The notes under the pieces: generated by a model
Database searches by the model: none
Seen by the model: the letters and a program-made list of their open reading frames with translations, nothing else
What the model was told of the DNA's origin: nothing
Made by a program: the position numbers and the translations under genes
Assembly: GCF_018350175.1 (NCBI RefSeq)
Contig: NC_058368.1
Coordinates: 36,892,001 to 36,956,000 of the forward strand
Direction: 5' to 3'
Origin: Felis catus
Taxonomy: Eukaryota
DNA: 64,000 nucleotides
In this document: piece after piece, positions 34,700 to 47,634 of the stretch
Layout of the letters: each line of letters opens with the position of its first letter
Numbering within the stretch: position 1 is the stretch's first letter

Positions 34700-34717
34700 T
34701 TTATTTCCATTTTTAAA

Positions 34718-34911
34718 CAGAGTTGCCAGACTTAGTAAACAAAAATACAGGATATCTAGTTAAAATAGGAATTTCATGTAAACAATAAATTATTGTTTTA
34801 GTATAAATATGTCTCAAAGACTGTACATACATAATAAAAATTTTATGTTGTTTAAATTCAAAGTTAAATTCAAATTTAACTGAGTATCGTGTATTTTATC
34901 TGGAAATCCTG
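34718..34911. mobile_element. MER53 palindromic hAT MITE
   Basis: cagagttgccagacttagtaaacaaaaatacaggatatctagttaaa ... tttaactgagtatcgtgtattttatctggaaatcctg; the arms are mutually reverse-complementary. Confidence 0.85.
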
Positions 34912-34922
34912 CATAAGAGAAA

Positions 34923-35091
34923 CATAGGTGGATTAATCCTAAAGCTAATGAAGCTTAAGTTTTTAGGGTCCCTTACTTACAAGAACATTTTAATCTAATG
35001 TTGTAATTGTAATTGTATAGTTTTTTTCTTTAAAGGGCTTTCTCCCCAATTATGTACATCTTAAGCTCCACAAAGCCTGAATCTGCCCCTG
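34923..35091. mobile_element. Short hAT-Tip100-like non-autonomous DNA element
   Basis: Termini cataggtggatt / aatctgcccctg and internal aagctaatgaagcttaag; exact family not assigned. Confidence 0.5.
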
Positions 35092-36129
35092 CAGGGGAGT
35101 AATATGAGGAGACAGTAGACAAGGTGAAGGATGAAGTAAATGCAGCCAACTCAAGAGGATTGTTGATGCCCTTGTCACGTTCGGAAATTATTTTCCAGGA
35201 GCTGATTAAATAATCAGTGGGCCTTGAGGCACCTTTGTAGTTGAAACTTCACTGTCATTATATAGGCAAGAGACAGAGGAATAAGTTTTGCACTGTTGAT
35301 ATAGCCTCAGAGTGAGTAATCTAAATGCTCTGAGAAATTGAGTAAAACTTCTTTTTCCATGGATACAGTCAGCAGGTGAAGAGTCAACAGTTTCTTTTCC
35401 ACTCATCAAAATAAGTCACCTTTTCAGATATTGTAGACTTTAATCCCTAAAGGAAATTTTAAAATAAAAATGAGAAAAGCAAAATAGAATGGTCTCTAGA
35501 GGAGCAGATCTGACTTGGTGCTAAGGTCCATTTATAGGAAAGGTAAAAAGCAAATATGGTCTCTCTTCTTTATGTAGTGTGCTGCTTTGTCTAATCACAG
35601 AATTAACGACTGAACTAACTCTAGTGCATTTAATAGAGATGCTTGTCTTTTTTAAGTCACTCCAGATACCACCTGGTTTTCAGAGTCCACAGTTTTGGGA
35701 TGTTGAAATGGTGTTGACTGAGTTTTGGGGTCAGATATTTTGGCTTCAGGAAGGACACAAACTGTAGAGAAGTTCCCATTCAGTGGCTGATGTGCATTAA
35801 AGGATTATACAAAAATTACATATAAGTCATGGACTCTTTTTCATTGAGAAATGAATTCAGCAAATACCAGTTGTGTGTCTCCTGAATGTCAAGCACTATG
35901 TTAAGAACGGGGTTGCTTTGAGTTTTCAGTATTTAACTGTGAACTGAGTACTTAATTAGGCTTTTAGACTATAGAAGTGAACACCATATATTTGGCAAGA
36001 TAGAGCTGGTCCTACACTATGCATAATATGGCACTGGATAATTGTTCCCAATGTTTTACTCCTTGGTCTTAGTGCCTAGTGCTCACTAGTATATGTGTAA
36101 TATATACCATGACCCCATTGAATGGGCTT

Positions 36130-36415
36130 GACTATTTTAACCACTGGAACGTCAGTGGGCATGATGCAACAGAGGCTTCAAATGTGTTTGTGTAGTTTGG
36201 CTTGCCTTCTTGTACTATTGTGACCCACCATGAGAGGGATGTGCACCTGGAAGCCACTGGTCATAGGAGAATGGTAAAAAAAAAAACAACAAAAAAACAA
36301 AAAAACAAAAACCCAAAAAACCATAAAGGAGATAAACCAGTGGTTATGGTTATAAGTCACTGAGATTTAAGGTTGTTTTTATCCAGCATTATGATGGCAA
36401 TAGCTTATTAATACA
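36130..36415 (+). mobile_element. MaLR LTR remnant (old MLT1 type)
   Basis: 3' end ttataagtcactgagatttaaggttgtttttatccagcatt...atagcttattaataca. Confidence 0.7.
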
Positions 36416-39400
36416 AGCAGTATCACAAATATACAAATAAGTATACCATAAGGTAGATTGAGATGTGTTTAGACAGAGATACAGAACACATTATGATTTT
36501 TGGTGGTAGGTAGGCGTACCTTTGTCTGTGGTATCATCAGATGTTTGACAGAAACCGTCTTCAAGCTAGGCCTTGACAATTTCTACTGGCAAAAAATGTC
36601 CTAAGGATTAACAAATAGTTGAGGTCATCTAAATCTTTGTGGATGGGGCAGAATTGGCTCATCTATCAAAGACCTTTCTTTGGATCATTTCTTTGATTAT
36701 TCAGGATCAAAGTCCTGAATATGGTGTTGACTTCCTTAGGAAGCTGTAAAGAGTATGAGTCTTATGAATGAGTGCTCTGCATAACAGAAGCTTCTGAAGC
36801 CATCCCAGAGTCCCTCCAAAATCTTACTTTTGTTTATGATGGGAACTGGAGGAGGAATCCAGTAGCCCAGCACTATTTAGAACTCGTACACTCCAGCATT
36901 CTGCAGCTGGCCAACAGAGCAGCCAAGGCTACTAGGGCCTGTTTTGTTCTATCTGGAGAACCATATGGGGTTCTTTTAGATTTAATTTCTTTATTCTATG
37001 CCTCTGCCATATAGGTTCCTCATTTACTTTCTCTCTTAATCTGCACATGAACCTTTTGACATCAGTGTTATCATTCCCATTTTATTGGTGAGAGAATTGA
37101 GGACCAGAGAAGTTAAATGACATGGTCAAGTTACTTATCAACTAAATGGCTTGACTTTGTTTCTTTACATCAGATCATTAAGTACCTGTTCTTTAATAGG
37201 AAACTGGTCTTATTTAAGGTCCTTATGGAACTTGTCTAGAAGCAACTTGAAAGTATACAAGATGTTCTTGAGCAATTTTATACATAAAAATGCTAATTAT
37301 AAAAGCTAGGTTTATTAGGTAAACCTGTTTTTTTCCATGGAAAACTCCAGAAGGGTGTGGAGAAAGATTGTTCTGAGCTAATCAATCTGTGCTCACTGGT
37401 TTGGCTTCTAGAAATTCTAGCCCACATGAGCCTAAATTCACCTCTTAAATTTTTGGAACTTGGCTTAATATTTGATTAGTTTTCAAATTATTTTTACAAT
37501 TTGGGAGTAAAGAAAATTATTTAGCAGTTGGTGTGATGAGTTGTTTCTTTCCTGGGGTCTTTAATCTGCTTCATTTATTTGCTACCTGGTACGGTGCAAG
37601 ATTTTCATTCATTATATTCTGTAAGGTTTTATGCTTCTTTACCTCACAAATAATATCTCTCCCTATGCAGGCTGCTGTAAGCATTATCTGTTAAAGCATA
37701 CCTGCTAGAGACCTTAAAATTGGAATTCAGAGCCTGGAAGTAGGGGGTCCTTTATAGATAGGCTAGGACTTTGAAATTAGTTTTTCCTTATGATTCAATA
37801 AGCCTTGAATCTTGTGACCCTGATTTAATATTTATTGAGTTCCCACAAAGTGCTAAACCTTCAGGATGCAGGACAAATTCCATTTTTTTTGGATTAAGTT
37901 TTTACTTGATTTAATTTGTCTTATTTATATTTATTGAAGTACCAGCAATATTGTTACAGATGTACTCACAGATCCATTTCACATGGATCATGGTCAAGTA
38001 ATGAAGAAAAAGAAAAACTCACACATCCTCATGCACACAAACTATGAATGTTCTATAGGAACATTAATTTGCCCATTGATTCCATATAACTGGTGGCTCA
38101 CCTTTTTCCTTGCAAAGTATAGAGACTGATAATGCTTTGATTTCTGGTTTTATTGTAGAAGTTTAATATGATCTTTGAGACTTCATGGCCTTCCTATTAT
38201 TATGCTAATCAACAAGACTGCTTCAGGTCCATTTTGAAAATGAATCCTCTTCTCCATTACAAAAAAAAAAAAATAACCTCAATTTTCCCACTCAAATTTG
38301 TCATCTTAATGTGAAACATAACAACTTCTAATTTGAAGACAAATTATGAAGGGATTAATCAGTAGCAGTTGTTGCCTTCTTAAAGTTCTTTCTCTTTATA
38401 GATAAATTATAGACATTTACCATTGGCAGCTCTTCTGTAAAATTGTGTTGGGGGTCCCAGGTCTGCATTTAATGTCAGAGAAACAACAGGCAGTATTCAA
38501 AGTCAATAGAACTGAATGTCTCCAGTTCAGCAATGTGGAACTGAAGATCATTAACGGATTGAAAAGTTACAAAATAAAGTTTCTAAAGATATTTGGAACA
38601 CTGAGCATTCTGCATAAAATCCATAATAGGACTAGTGGTCAGTGTTCCATAAAATGCCTGCGTTAAAATTAACTGTTGGTACTTTATTTTTAGAACTTGA
38701 TTTTTTGTTCATTGTGGTTTGGGACAGGCCAGATGTTAGTCCAATTTCTAGTTCTTTATCATTAAAGCTGTAGATGTAATAAAAAGAGAACTCCTTAACC
38801 TGAAAAACAAGATGAACTCGTTAAAACGGTCCTATGTACATTATGTGACATAAAAAACATAGAAGTATTAATAGGATAAAAATAAAAGTTATAGTTTCAA
38901 TATTTTTCTCCAGTATCTCAGTTCATCATCTTGAAAATCCCTGAAGTAAGTGAACCCGATTTAGAAGCCACTGTTTCTGAGCCCCTAACTCAACTTTGTG
39001 GTATTTTAGATAATCTGGAGGGATCCCAGTACTTGTGTTTGCTATTATTATATAGCTGAGCTCAGGTTTATAATTATTCTTCTTTTGTTTGTTTGTTTGT
39101 TTCTAGAAGATAGCTCTTATAAAAACTTAAATATAAACACCTAATTGTAGAAGAAACTTCAGTATAAGCCTCTGTGTCCATCCAGGTGACTGGAGAAGCA
39201 GAGGAAGTCAGTTTGCAGAAAGACAAAGAGTGGGAAGAACTCAGCAGACAGGAAAGTGGAACAGAGTGAAGAGACTGGGAGCGGGTCTAAGTCCCTGGCT
39301 TTAGTTGTTCAGAGGTCCTGTACCATAATAAGTAATAAAATCCTGTACCATTACATCGAATTTCCACTTTGGAACGTAAGCCAGTTTGAATGGGCTTCTA

Positions 39401-40795
39401 GTACGTCTTCCGCAAAGAGCATGAGGGAGGACACTGGGCAGCTTCCACAGCTTATGGCCCTTTGGAGATTGTAGCAGGTCAGTCACTCTGGACCTTGACC
39501 TTGTGAAAAGAGAAAATTTAACAAGGGCAGAAGTGACCTTGCTCTGGAAAGATCACAGTTGATAATTTTAGTTCTTCAGTTCTGTAAGTAAAAAAATGAA
39601 GAACTGGTGATACTCTCACATATTTAATTTCTGCTTCTAAAAGAGGAGATTCAGTTTAGTAAAAACAATTTTTGGAAGCATAATCATCTGAATGCAATTT
39701 TAATTGGCATAAAGGCTCTATCTATTGAAACACTTTAAGAGGTTCTTGCTTACCATGAAAGCACCGATGGCATTGACAGTGGCCTTCCTTAATAAAATAC
39801 CCAGCTGACTTGCATTGCCATCTGGCCATGGCCGTTTGGGAGACAGGACTCAATAGGCCTAGTAAAAAGTCTCAGGCGGCTTTTTGTTAGTCCTAATTTA
39901 TTTGAATTGGTCCAGAGGAAGAATAAAAATTTCATATAATCAGTCTCTTAAGTTGATTCTTGATCTTTATTCATTTCCAGCCAAAAGGTTTTCTTAAAGC
40001 TTCCCTTTGAAGGGAAGGGACAAATAGAAATAGCAGTGGTCACAGTGGTCAGGCTTCTCCTGTTCCCACTCTGCCCTGCACTGTGTAGGTGGCCAGTCCA
40101 TGCTGGGCATTCTGGCCAAAGGCAGCTTCCGGAACTTTTCTGTGTCCCACCTGCTGTTCTCTGCACTGAGATCAAATGAAGTGTGATGACACCTTCACAT
40201 CCTAGCAGATTCAGGGCAGAAGTCACCTGACCTCTTGTCTAGATGCCCCTGTCCCAGGCTAATTTTCCCCAGCCCAGCAGAGAAACTTTAACCTTTCAGA
40301 GGAATGAGATCAGCCACTGAAAAGTATTATTATAGAATGAGAGAAGAAACAAAACCAGAGCATACACAAAAAGTTTTAAAAGAGAAAGAAAAAATAAATT
40401 TCCTAATTAAGTCATTTTTAACAGTTTCCCAAAAGAGAGCTTAAGTGTTCTTGTTTGCATGTTTTATAAGAATTAAAGGAGGAGCTGAAGGGCATTTATG
40501 GATATTTCATGATGGAAACTGAGGTTGATTCAGGGTCTTCTTTTAAATTGCCTTTGGCAGTGCTCTCAAACAGCGGTCACTAAAGGTGTGACCCTTGTGT
40601 CACCTTTTGTGACACCTTTTGTGTCGGGGGCCACAAGTTTCAGCTTTCTGGTTTACTCTGAGTCTTCAAATCACTCTGGAATTAAAATAACTATATTAAT
40701 CCAGTGGTTCCTCTGAGCTACTTTAGGAACTAATCTTAATTTTGTTTGATTGTTTGTTTTTGTCTCAAGGATTCAGGTTTTTTTTTTTTTTTCAT

Positions 40796-42150
40796 TAATT
40801 TATTAAGTTCTCATTATGTAACAGGCACTTTTCTAGATGTTGGGGAAAAAGCAGTAAACAAAGATAGACAATATCTTTGTTTGCAGAATGCTTAAATTTG
40901 GGAAGAGACAGGCAAACAGGTATATAATAAGATAGATATGAAGTGTTTTTCACAAAATTATAATTGACTAATATGATCAAGTGACTCCGGGGTTAAATTA
41001 GGTTGGCCTCCTGCTCTGAAAGAGTAGCATAAATGAAGAGCTAAAAGAAGAGAAGGAACTAGCCCCACAAAGTCTTTGGGTAAGAGCATTCAGGCAGAGG
41101 AAGCAGCTAGTGAAGGTACTAGAGTGTTCAGGGAACAGTAGAAGGCTAGAACACGGGTGAGAATGAAGTGTGAGGCTGGATAGGTCAGACAGGTAGGCAT
41201 GGCCCAGGTTGTATGGGGCCTACCAATCCAGGTGAAGAAATTTAGATTTTACTCTGGTGCAGTGGGTGTTCCCTGAAAGGTTTTAAACAGAACGATAATA
41301 TAATTTGACTTACGTCATTATATTATAAAAATCACTCTGAGTTTTTGGTGGGTGGATTATAGAGAAACAAGCAAGGGAACATAGAAACCAGTTAGGAGGC
41401 TCTTTGATATTTTACTCAATAGGTAATGATGGCTTGAGCTATGATACTTGTGGGAACCATGGAATATACACATGAGCCTTGGAAGTTGAATTGATAGGAT
41501 TTGTCAATGCATTACAAGGTTTGTGTTTGTGTGCATGTGTATATGTATGCATATGTGAGAGCATGTATACTTTGGAGTGAATGCTGTTAAGAGATGAGTA
41601 AAGATAATTTATGGGCTTTTAGCCTGAGGAATTGGGAGACTGGTGGTACCACTTACCAGTATGGGGGAGAAACAGGCTTAGTGGAGGTAGGTGGAAAGAC
41701 ATCAAGATTTTTCTTTAGGATATGTCTGTTATATATCCAATTTTTTTTTTCTGGAAAAAAAAATACAGGCATGGGATTATAGGAAAGAAAAGTGTGGGAC
41801 TCATCAGGATAGAGATGATATTCCAAATCATGAGACTAGAGAAAGTAACCTAGGGACAAAATATTTTTTAAAAATAAGAAGTCTAAGAATGAGCACTGGG
41901 CTCTCTGACATTTAGAAGTCAAGCAGAGGTGACTTGAGAATTCCCAAAGGAGGCAGAGAAGTGAGTCAGAAGACCAGGAGACACCAGCATCACCACATTT
42001 AAAAAAAGGAACTGTATCAAAAAAATATGTCCCAAACTGCAGGGTCAAGAAAATATAAAGAGAAGTTAGTACTGCATGGAGTCAAGGTCATTGCAGACTT
42101 TGACATCAAAAAGAAAAACAAAACAAAAACAAATCCTCAAGGAATGTTGG
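40796..42150 (-). mobile_element. L2 LINE remnant (fragmented)
   Basis: atttattaagttctcattatgtaacaggcact..., gaaaggttttaaacagaa, ggagaccagttaggaggct-like and tttagcctgaggaattggg motifs. Confidence 0.7.
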
Positions 42151-42209
42151 AGTCAAAAGCCCTCCTTCTCTGCATTTGTATTTTTCTTGTAGAGTATAGT
42201 TCTAGCTGA

Positions 42210-42562
42210 GTTTAGAGGCAGCTTATGGACTTAAAAGCACATTATTAGAAAAAGAAAAATAGCTAAAAGTAATTAGCTGAGCATCCATTTAAAGAATTCA
42301 GAGAAAAGAACAAGAAAAAAAATCTGAAGAAAGCAGAAGGAAATGATCAAAGAGCAGAAATTAAAGAAATCAAATGGCAACCTGTACCAGAAACAATAAA
42401 CGAGGGTAAAAAGCTGTTCTTTAAAAAGGCTAAAGGAGTTGACAAATGTCTGCTGAGACCAAAGAAAGAAAAAAAAAAAGGAACCTATTATCAGTATTAG
42501 AAATGAACAGAGTAATGTTGCTATAGATGCTGAAACATTAGGAAGATATTTGAACACATTTA

Positions 42563-42594
<32 letters not shown>

Positions 42595-42990
42595 ATTTAT
42601 AGACAGTAAAAATAGAAAAGAATTTTCTTATAATTATTGAAGAAATCAAATAATTGAAACTAATGCAAAAATAAAACTTTATGCATGGTGAAATAATGAA
42701 AACTGTCTCACTGAGTTTAGGAACAAGGCAAAATTACCACTTTTACAGCTTTTAATTATAGTTATGCTTAGTTTTATTTAGTATAGTAATGAAAAAACAA
42801 CTATTATAAGGGTTGGGATTGAAGAGATAAAACTTTAATTATTGCAGATTAAGTGATTGTTTACATAGAAATTCCAACATGATGCATATATGAATTATGA
42901 ACAAAGAATAAGGGAATTTAGTAGGGTTGCAGGTTCAAGGTCAGTAGTCACAAATCAAATGTATTCCTGAAAACCAGAAGTGAACAGAAG
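42210..42990 (+). mobile_element. Old L1 ORF2 fragments
   Basis: A-rich attattagaaaaagaa...agcatccatttaaagaa, gcagaaattaaagaaat, gcagattaagtgattgtttacatagaaa; (taaa)n at about 42565-42595. Confidence 0.65.
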
Positions 42991-44259
42991 CTACCATAGG
43001 GAATATTAAAAATTTACAAAAACAGCAGAGAAAAGATACTGGCAACACTCCAGCCAGGCCAAAAGTAGCAGGTGCAGGGTAAAGCAAATGGGAGGGACGC
43101 TTTGAGCTAGTGTGGCTGCTGTTGGCAAAACTACGGAAGGTAGCACAGCCTGCTTTGGGACTAGAGTCATTCAAGCCTTGGGTGAATGCCCCTCGAGAGG
43201 GGCTACCTCATGTGGAGCTCATTTTTAATTGTCTTAAAATTATGAAGGAAGGTTCCTGATTCCAGTACAGTTGCCAACCTGAAGGTTTTCTCCCCACTTT
43301 CCTGCTGATTATTTCAAATTTATTAAGATGCTTTTACTGTAAGAGAAGGTACTCCATTATTTTATGTACTAATAAGAGTGATACATGCTATTTAAGCAAT
43401 GAAGAAATGGTTTATTTTCAAAGTTAGAATGATGTTTACTCTTTGAAAGAATTCTTTTAGACTTATTTGGTCAAAGACTGTAAAAATAATCACTCTTGTA
43501 CATACCTAAAACTAAAAATTTTAATTAAAGAAAACTGGTAAAAATTGCTAAAACTTTTTCATATTTGGAGGTCAACTCTTTTGTATCACTTTCAACTTAG
43601 CAAAATCCTCCATATTTTTGCACATACAGTAGCTTATGCCATTAAGAGCGTTGTAGCATTTCTTAAAAACTTAAAAACTTGGAGGTTTTCTTCCAAGTGA
43701 CTAACTTACAAGTTTTGAGGCTCGTATTTTTCTCTTTGACTAATTTATAGTTTTACTTTATCTTCACTGAATCATGTGTTACTAGATAGATGTTAAACAG
43801 CCTCTGTTCAAAATCAGTATTAAATTTCTGACAAATTGGTGGTTTCTATCTTAATGATAGTTTTACATGATTAATAGATATATCAATCATACCAGTCCCT
43901 GATTGTTTTGAAATGTCTTCCATTGATTTTGAGGAGTTTTGTACTTTGTCATGCCTTTAGTTATATTGCTTGGCATGTAGTAGCAACAATATAGTATTCT
44001 TTTGAATATATGATAATATATGTTATTATGATCAAGCTTGCGTATGTATGCAAAAGCAATGGCAATTTGTGATGAGTTTACCTTATCTACACAGTGATAA
44101 ACTTTGTTGGTTTCAGAAATGTTAAAATGTGAAAACTGCATCTTTCAATTAATATAATATGTATTATTGCTGCTGTTCTGGCCTCCTTTTGCGTAAGAAA
44201 AGTTCTACATGAAACGATAGATATATATTTCTTCATAATGACATTATTGCATTATTTAC

Positions 44260-44740
44260 CAAGCAGGTATTGGCTAATTTATGTTCAAGAAATACATAGC
44301 ACAGCAGAACATGCTTTTTCCCCCTTCCCTTATAGCTAAGGGAGTTGCCTCATGGTAGTTCTGTCCAAGAAGATGTAAATGGATTTATGCTAGGGTTTTC
44401 TGGGAAAGTTTTTGCAATCCAAAGTGATATATTAACCAAGTACAACACATAACCCACTTGTCTGGCTTTAAATGTGGACATGTTGTCTGGAGCTGCAATG
44501 GCATCTCACAGTCAACCACTGGGTAACACATGTATGAATGAGAGCCAATACAAGATGGCCCTTGTATTGTAATACAAGAGCAGAGCAATACATGACACAC
44601 TGGATTAAGGGTAGTTTTAGTGAATGGAGAAGGTAAGCTGTTCATATCTTGACTTTTATGTGAGAAAAAGCAACTCATTTGTTTAAGGCTCTAATAATTG
44701 GAATTATCTGTTACCTGCAGCTAAACATTTTGCTAATACA
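44260..44740 (+). mobile_element. MaLR LTR remnant (old MLT1 type)
   Basis: tagttctgtccaagaagatgtaa, gtctggagctgcaatggcatct, ctgttacctgcagctaaacattttgctaataca. Confidence 0.65.
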
Positions 44741-45734
44741 ACTTGTCATTTGACATGATCAAATGACTAGGTTTCTGCCTTTTCATTCTAAAATTTAACC
44801 ATGTGCTGTCTCTTATTCCTCCTTCTTATTAGAACCTGTACTTCCTGATATACTCTTTTCAATTCTCTTTTTTTTTCGGTTTTCCCATAGCAGCTTGCAA
44901 TTCTCACATTCTCTAGGTCTTACCTGCCCCTCTTACCCAAATCCTAAATATTGACTTCCAGATCAATTACTTGTCACATTGATCTGTTCATCTGATTAGA
45001 GGCATTGGGCTTAACCATTTCCAGAGTTGTTCTGTGTTTGTTAACCGAATTGCATATTGTTTACTTATTTTCAAAGAATAATCTCTCATGAAATTTAATT
45101 CAAATGACCAGCACAACTATGTGCAGTCCTTTTTATCTTCTTTGAGATATTGAGTGACCAAAATGTATCCAAACAAGCTTTTAATGGAGAGTTGGAGATT
45201 CAGTATAGAAAAGAATTTTTTTTTTTAGGTAAGGTTGAGATAAAAGTTTTTAAGGTAGAGCACTTGGGTAACTATTTCCAGAAAGACTATTTCCAGTACC
45301 AGAAAGCAGAGGAGAACAAGTTTCTGGTGTAGGCAAAATAAATTTCATTGCCTTCAGGTCTGAGCAGATCAATATTCATGGTAGCCTTTACTGTTGTTCT
45401 GTAATCTAGGGACCTTGGCATGTAACTCTTCCAATCAAAGCCATCATGCAGTAGGTAAAGACACAGGGATAAGTGCTTACATTTGCTGACTAAAATTGAA
45501 ATTTTGCAAGTTTAATTTCATAGAATTTATGTTGAACTATTTATCCCAGTTTCCTGAGGAAATCAAAATTCCTTTGCTTTTTTTTAAATCTTCTCTTAAT
45601 GGAGAGAAAAAAATTGAGAAGATAATTTATTCCTGAGGATTATTTTGTTATTTACATTTATATCTAAATAGATCTAGATCATAAAGTAATAATAATAAAA
45701 ATATTTTTAAAACTTTAATTTCTCTACATACTTT

Positions 45735-45977
45735 TAAAAAAAATTAATGTTTATTCAATTTTGAGAGAGAGAGAGACAGAGCATGAGTTGGGGAGGGGCA
45801 GAGACAGAGAGGGAGACAGGGAGGGGCAGAGACAGAGAGGGAGACACAGAATCTGAAACAGGCTCCAGGCTCTGAGCTGTCACCACAGAGCCTGACGTGG
45901 GGCTTGAACTCAGGAATGGTGAGATCATGACCTGAGCTGAAGCCAGACGCTCAACCACCTGAGCCACCCAGGCACCC
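45735..45977 (-). mobile_element. Can-SINE with internal 28-bp tandem duplication
   Basis: TSD ttctctaca[t/c]actt at 45720-45733 and 45978-45991. Confidence 0.95.
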
Positions 45978-46284
45978 TTCTCTACACACTTCTAAAGATC
46001 AGAAGTAAACTGGAAAAATAATACTAAGTTTGCGACACTAGCTGAACTGGCCAGTGTGAAAAAACTCTGCATTGCTAGAGGATCTGAAAAATGTGTATGT
46101 ATTTAAGGTATTAAGAGTCCTGGGGTTTCGTCAGTTGCATGGCTGCTTGAGAAACTTTGGAGTTCTGGAATGGCCAATGAAAACCCTATTTGATCAGAGA
46201 CTTCTTGAAGGAGCCAATGAGGATTGTGGGATTTTTTTTTTTCCCTAGACTTTGGGACACAGGGATTAAAGTACTTGAATCATT

Positions 46285-46491
46285 GGGGCCCCTGGGTGGC
46301 TCAGTTGGTTAAGCGGCTGACTTTGGCCCAGGTCATGATCTCACAGTTTGTGAGTTCGAGCCCCATGTCGGGCTCTGTGCTGACGGCTCAGAACCTAGAG
46401 CCTGCCTCAGATTCTGTGTCTCCCTCTCTCTCTGCTTCTCCCCTGCTTGCACTCTCTGTCTTTCAAAAATAAATAAACATTAAAAAAATTA
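46285..46491 (+). mobile_element. Can-SINE
   Basis: TSD aa[g/a]tacttgaatca at 46269-46282 and 46492-46505. Confidence 0.95.
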
Positions 46492-47131
46492 AAATACTTG
46501 AATCACAAGGAGGAATGATGGCTCTCTGAGATTAAAGATGGGAAGGCCCCACTGGGCCTGTTCTGACTGAGGAGAGAGTCGAAATGTCTAGGCTCCATTC
46601 AGAGAACCAACTTTGTAATTAGCAGAGTAGGATGCTGAGAAGTACCAATCAACTCTAGCCTCACCCAACCAAATCCAGGCAATCCCTGATCAATCATTGA
46701 ACATAGTGGCCATAAAACAACTGAATGTTTAAGACTGTCCTTTGGGCCCCTAACTTTATGGGGGAATGATCTTAGTAGAAAGAAGTCAATGTTAACAATG
46801 ATGGAAGAAGCAGGTGAAAAGTCACCAAGAACATAGTATAGTATATCAATAGGCTCCCTCCCAGAGAAGGGAAGGGCAGTTGTGAAGCTTGAAAAAACTC
46901 ACTTTGATGGGAGCAAGAAATCAAACATTATTCAAATTAAGGACATTCTAGAATTTAGGGAATTGTAAACAATGTTTAACTCTTTGCTACAATGAAGTAT
47001 ATTTCTAGAAGATTGTTTATTTTTCTTTTAAAAAATTTCTGTTTCTTACCATAATGTTATATGTAATATATGTTTTATGTTATTTGAATATATTAGCATT
47101 TTAACGTTGGCCAATAATTTATGAACTTTTT

Positions 47132-47351
47132 TTTTTTAATTTTTTTTTCAACGTTTATTTATTTTTGGGACAGAGAGAGACAGAGCATGAACAGGGGAGG
47201 GGCAGAGAGAGAGGGAGACACAGAATCGGAAACAGGCTCCAGGCTCTGAGCCATCAACCCAGAGCCTGACGCGGGGCTCGAACTCCCGGACCACGAGATC
47301 GTGACCTGGCTGAAGTCGGACGCTTAACCGACTGCGCCACCCAGGCGCCCC
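47132..47351 (-). mobile_element. Young felid Can-SINE (SINEC_Fc-type)
   Basis: Perfect TSD aataatttatgaacttttt at 47113-47131 and 47352-47370. Confidence 0.97.
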
Positions 47352-47385
47352 AATAATTTATGAACTTTTTAAAGAGAGAAAAAGA

Positions 47386-47596
47386 GGGATGCCTGTGTGG
47401 CTCAGTCAGTTAAGCATCCGACTTCTATCATCGGGTCATGACGTCATGGTTTGTGAGTTCAAGCCCTATGTCAGGTGAGTTTGAACCCTGCATCTCTCTG
47501 TCTGTCTCTGTCTCTCTCTCTGCCCCTTGTGGGATTCTGTCTCTCCTTCTGTCTCTTCCCCTTGCTCACTTGCATCCTCTCTCTCTTTCTCAAAAG

Positions 47597-47634
<38 letters not shown>

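Noticed and set aside
36772..37014. 80-aa ORF with protein-like composition
   Set aside because: Non-ATG start, no recognisable homology and no convincing splice sites.
39186..39270. Purine-rich stretch translating as VTGEAEEVSLQKDKEWEELSRQESGTE*
   Set aside because: No good donor, ends in a stop and runs into MIR-like sequence; not recognised.
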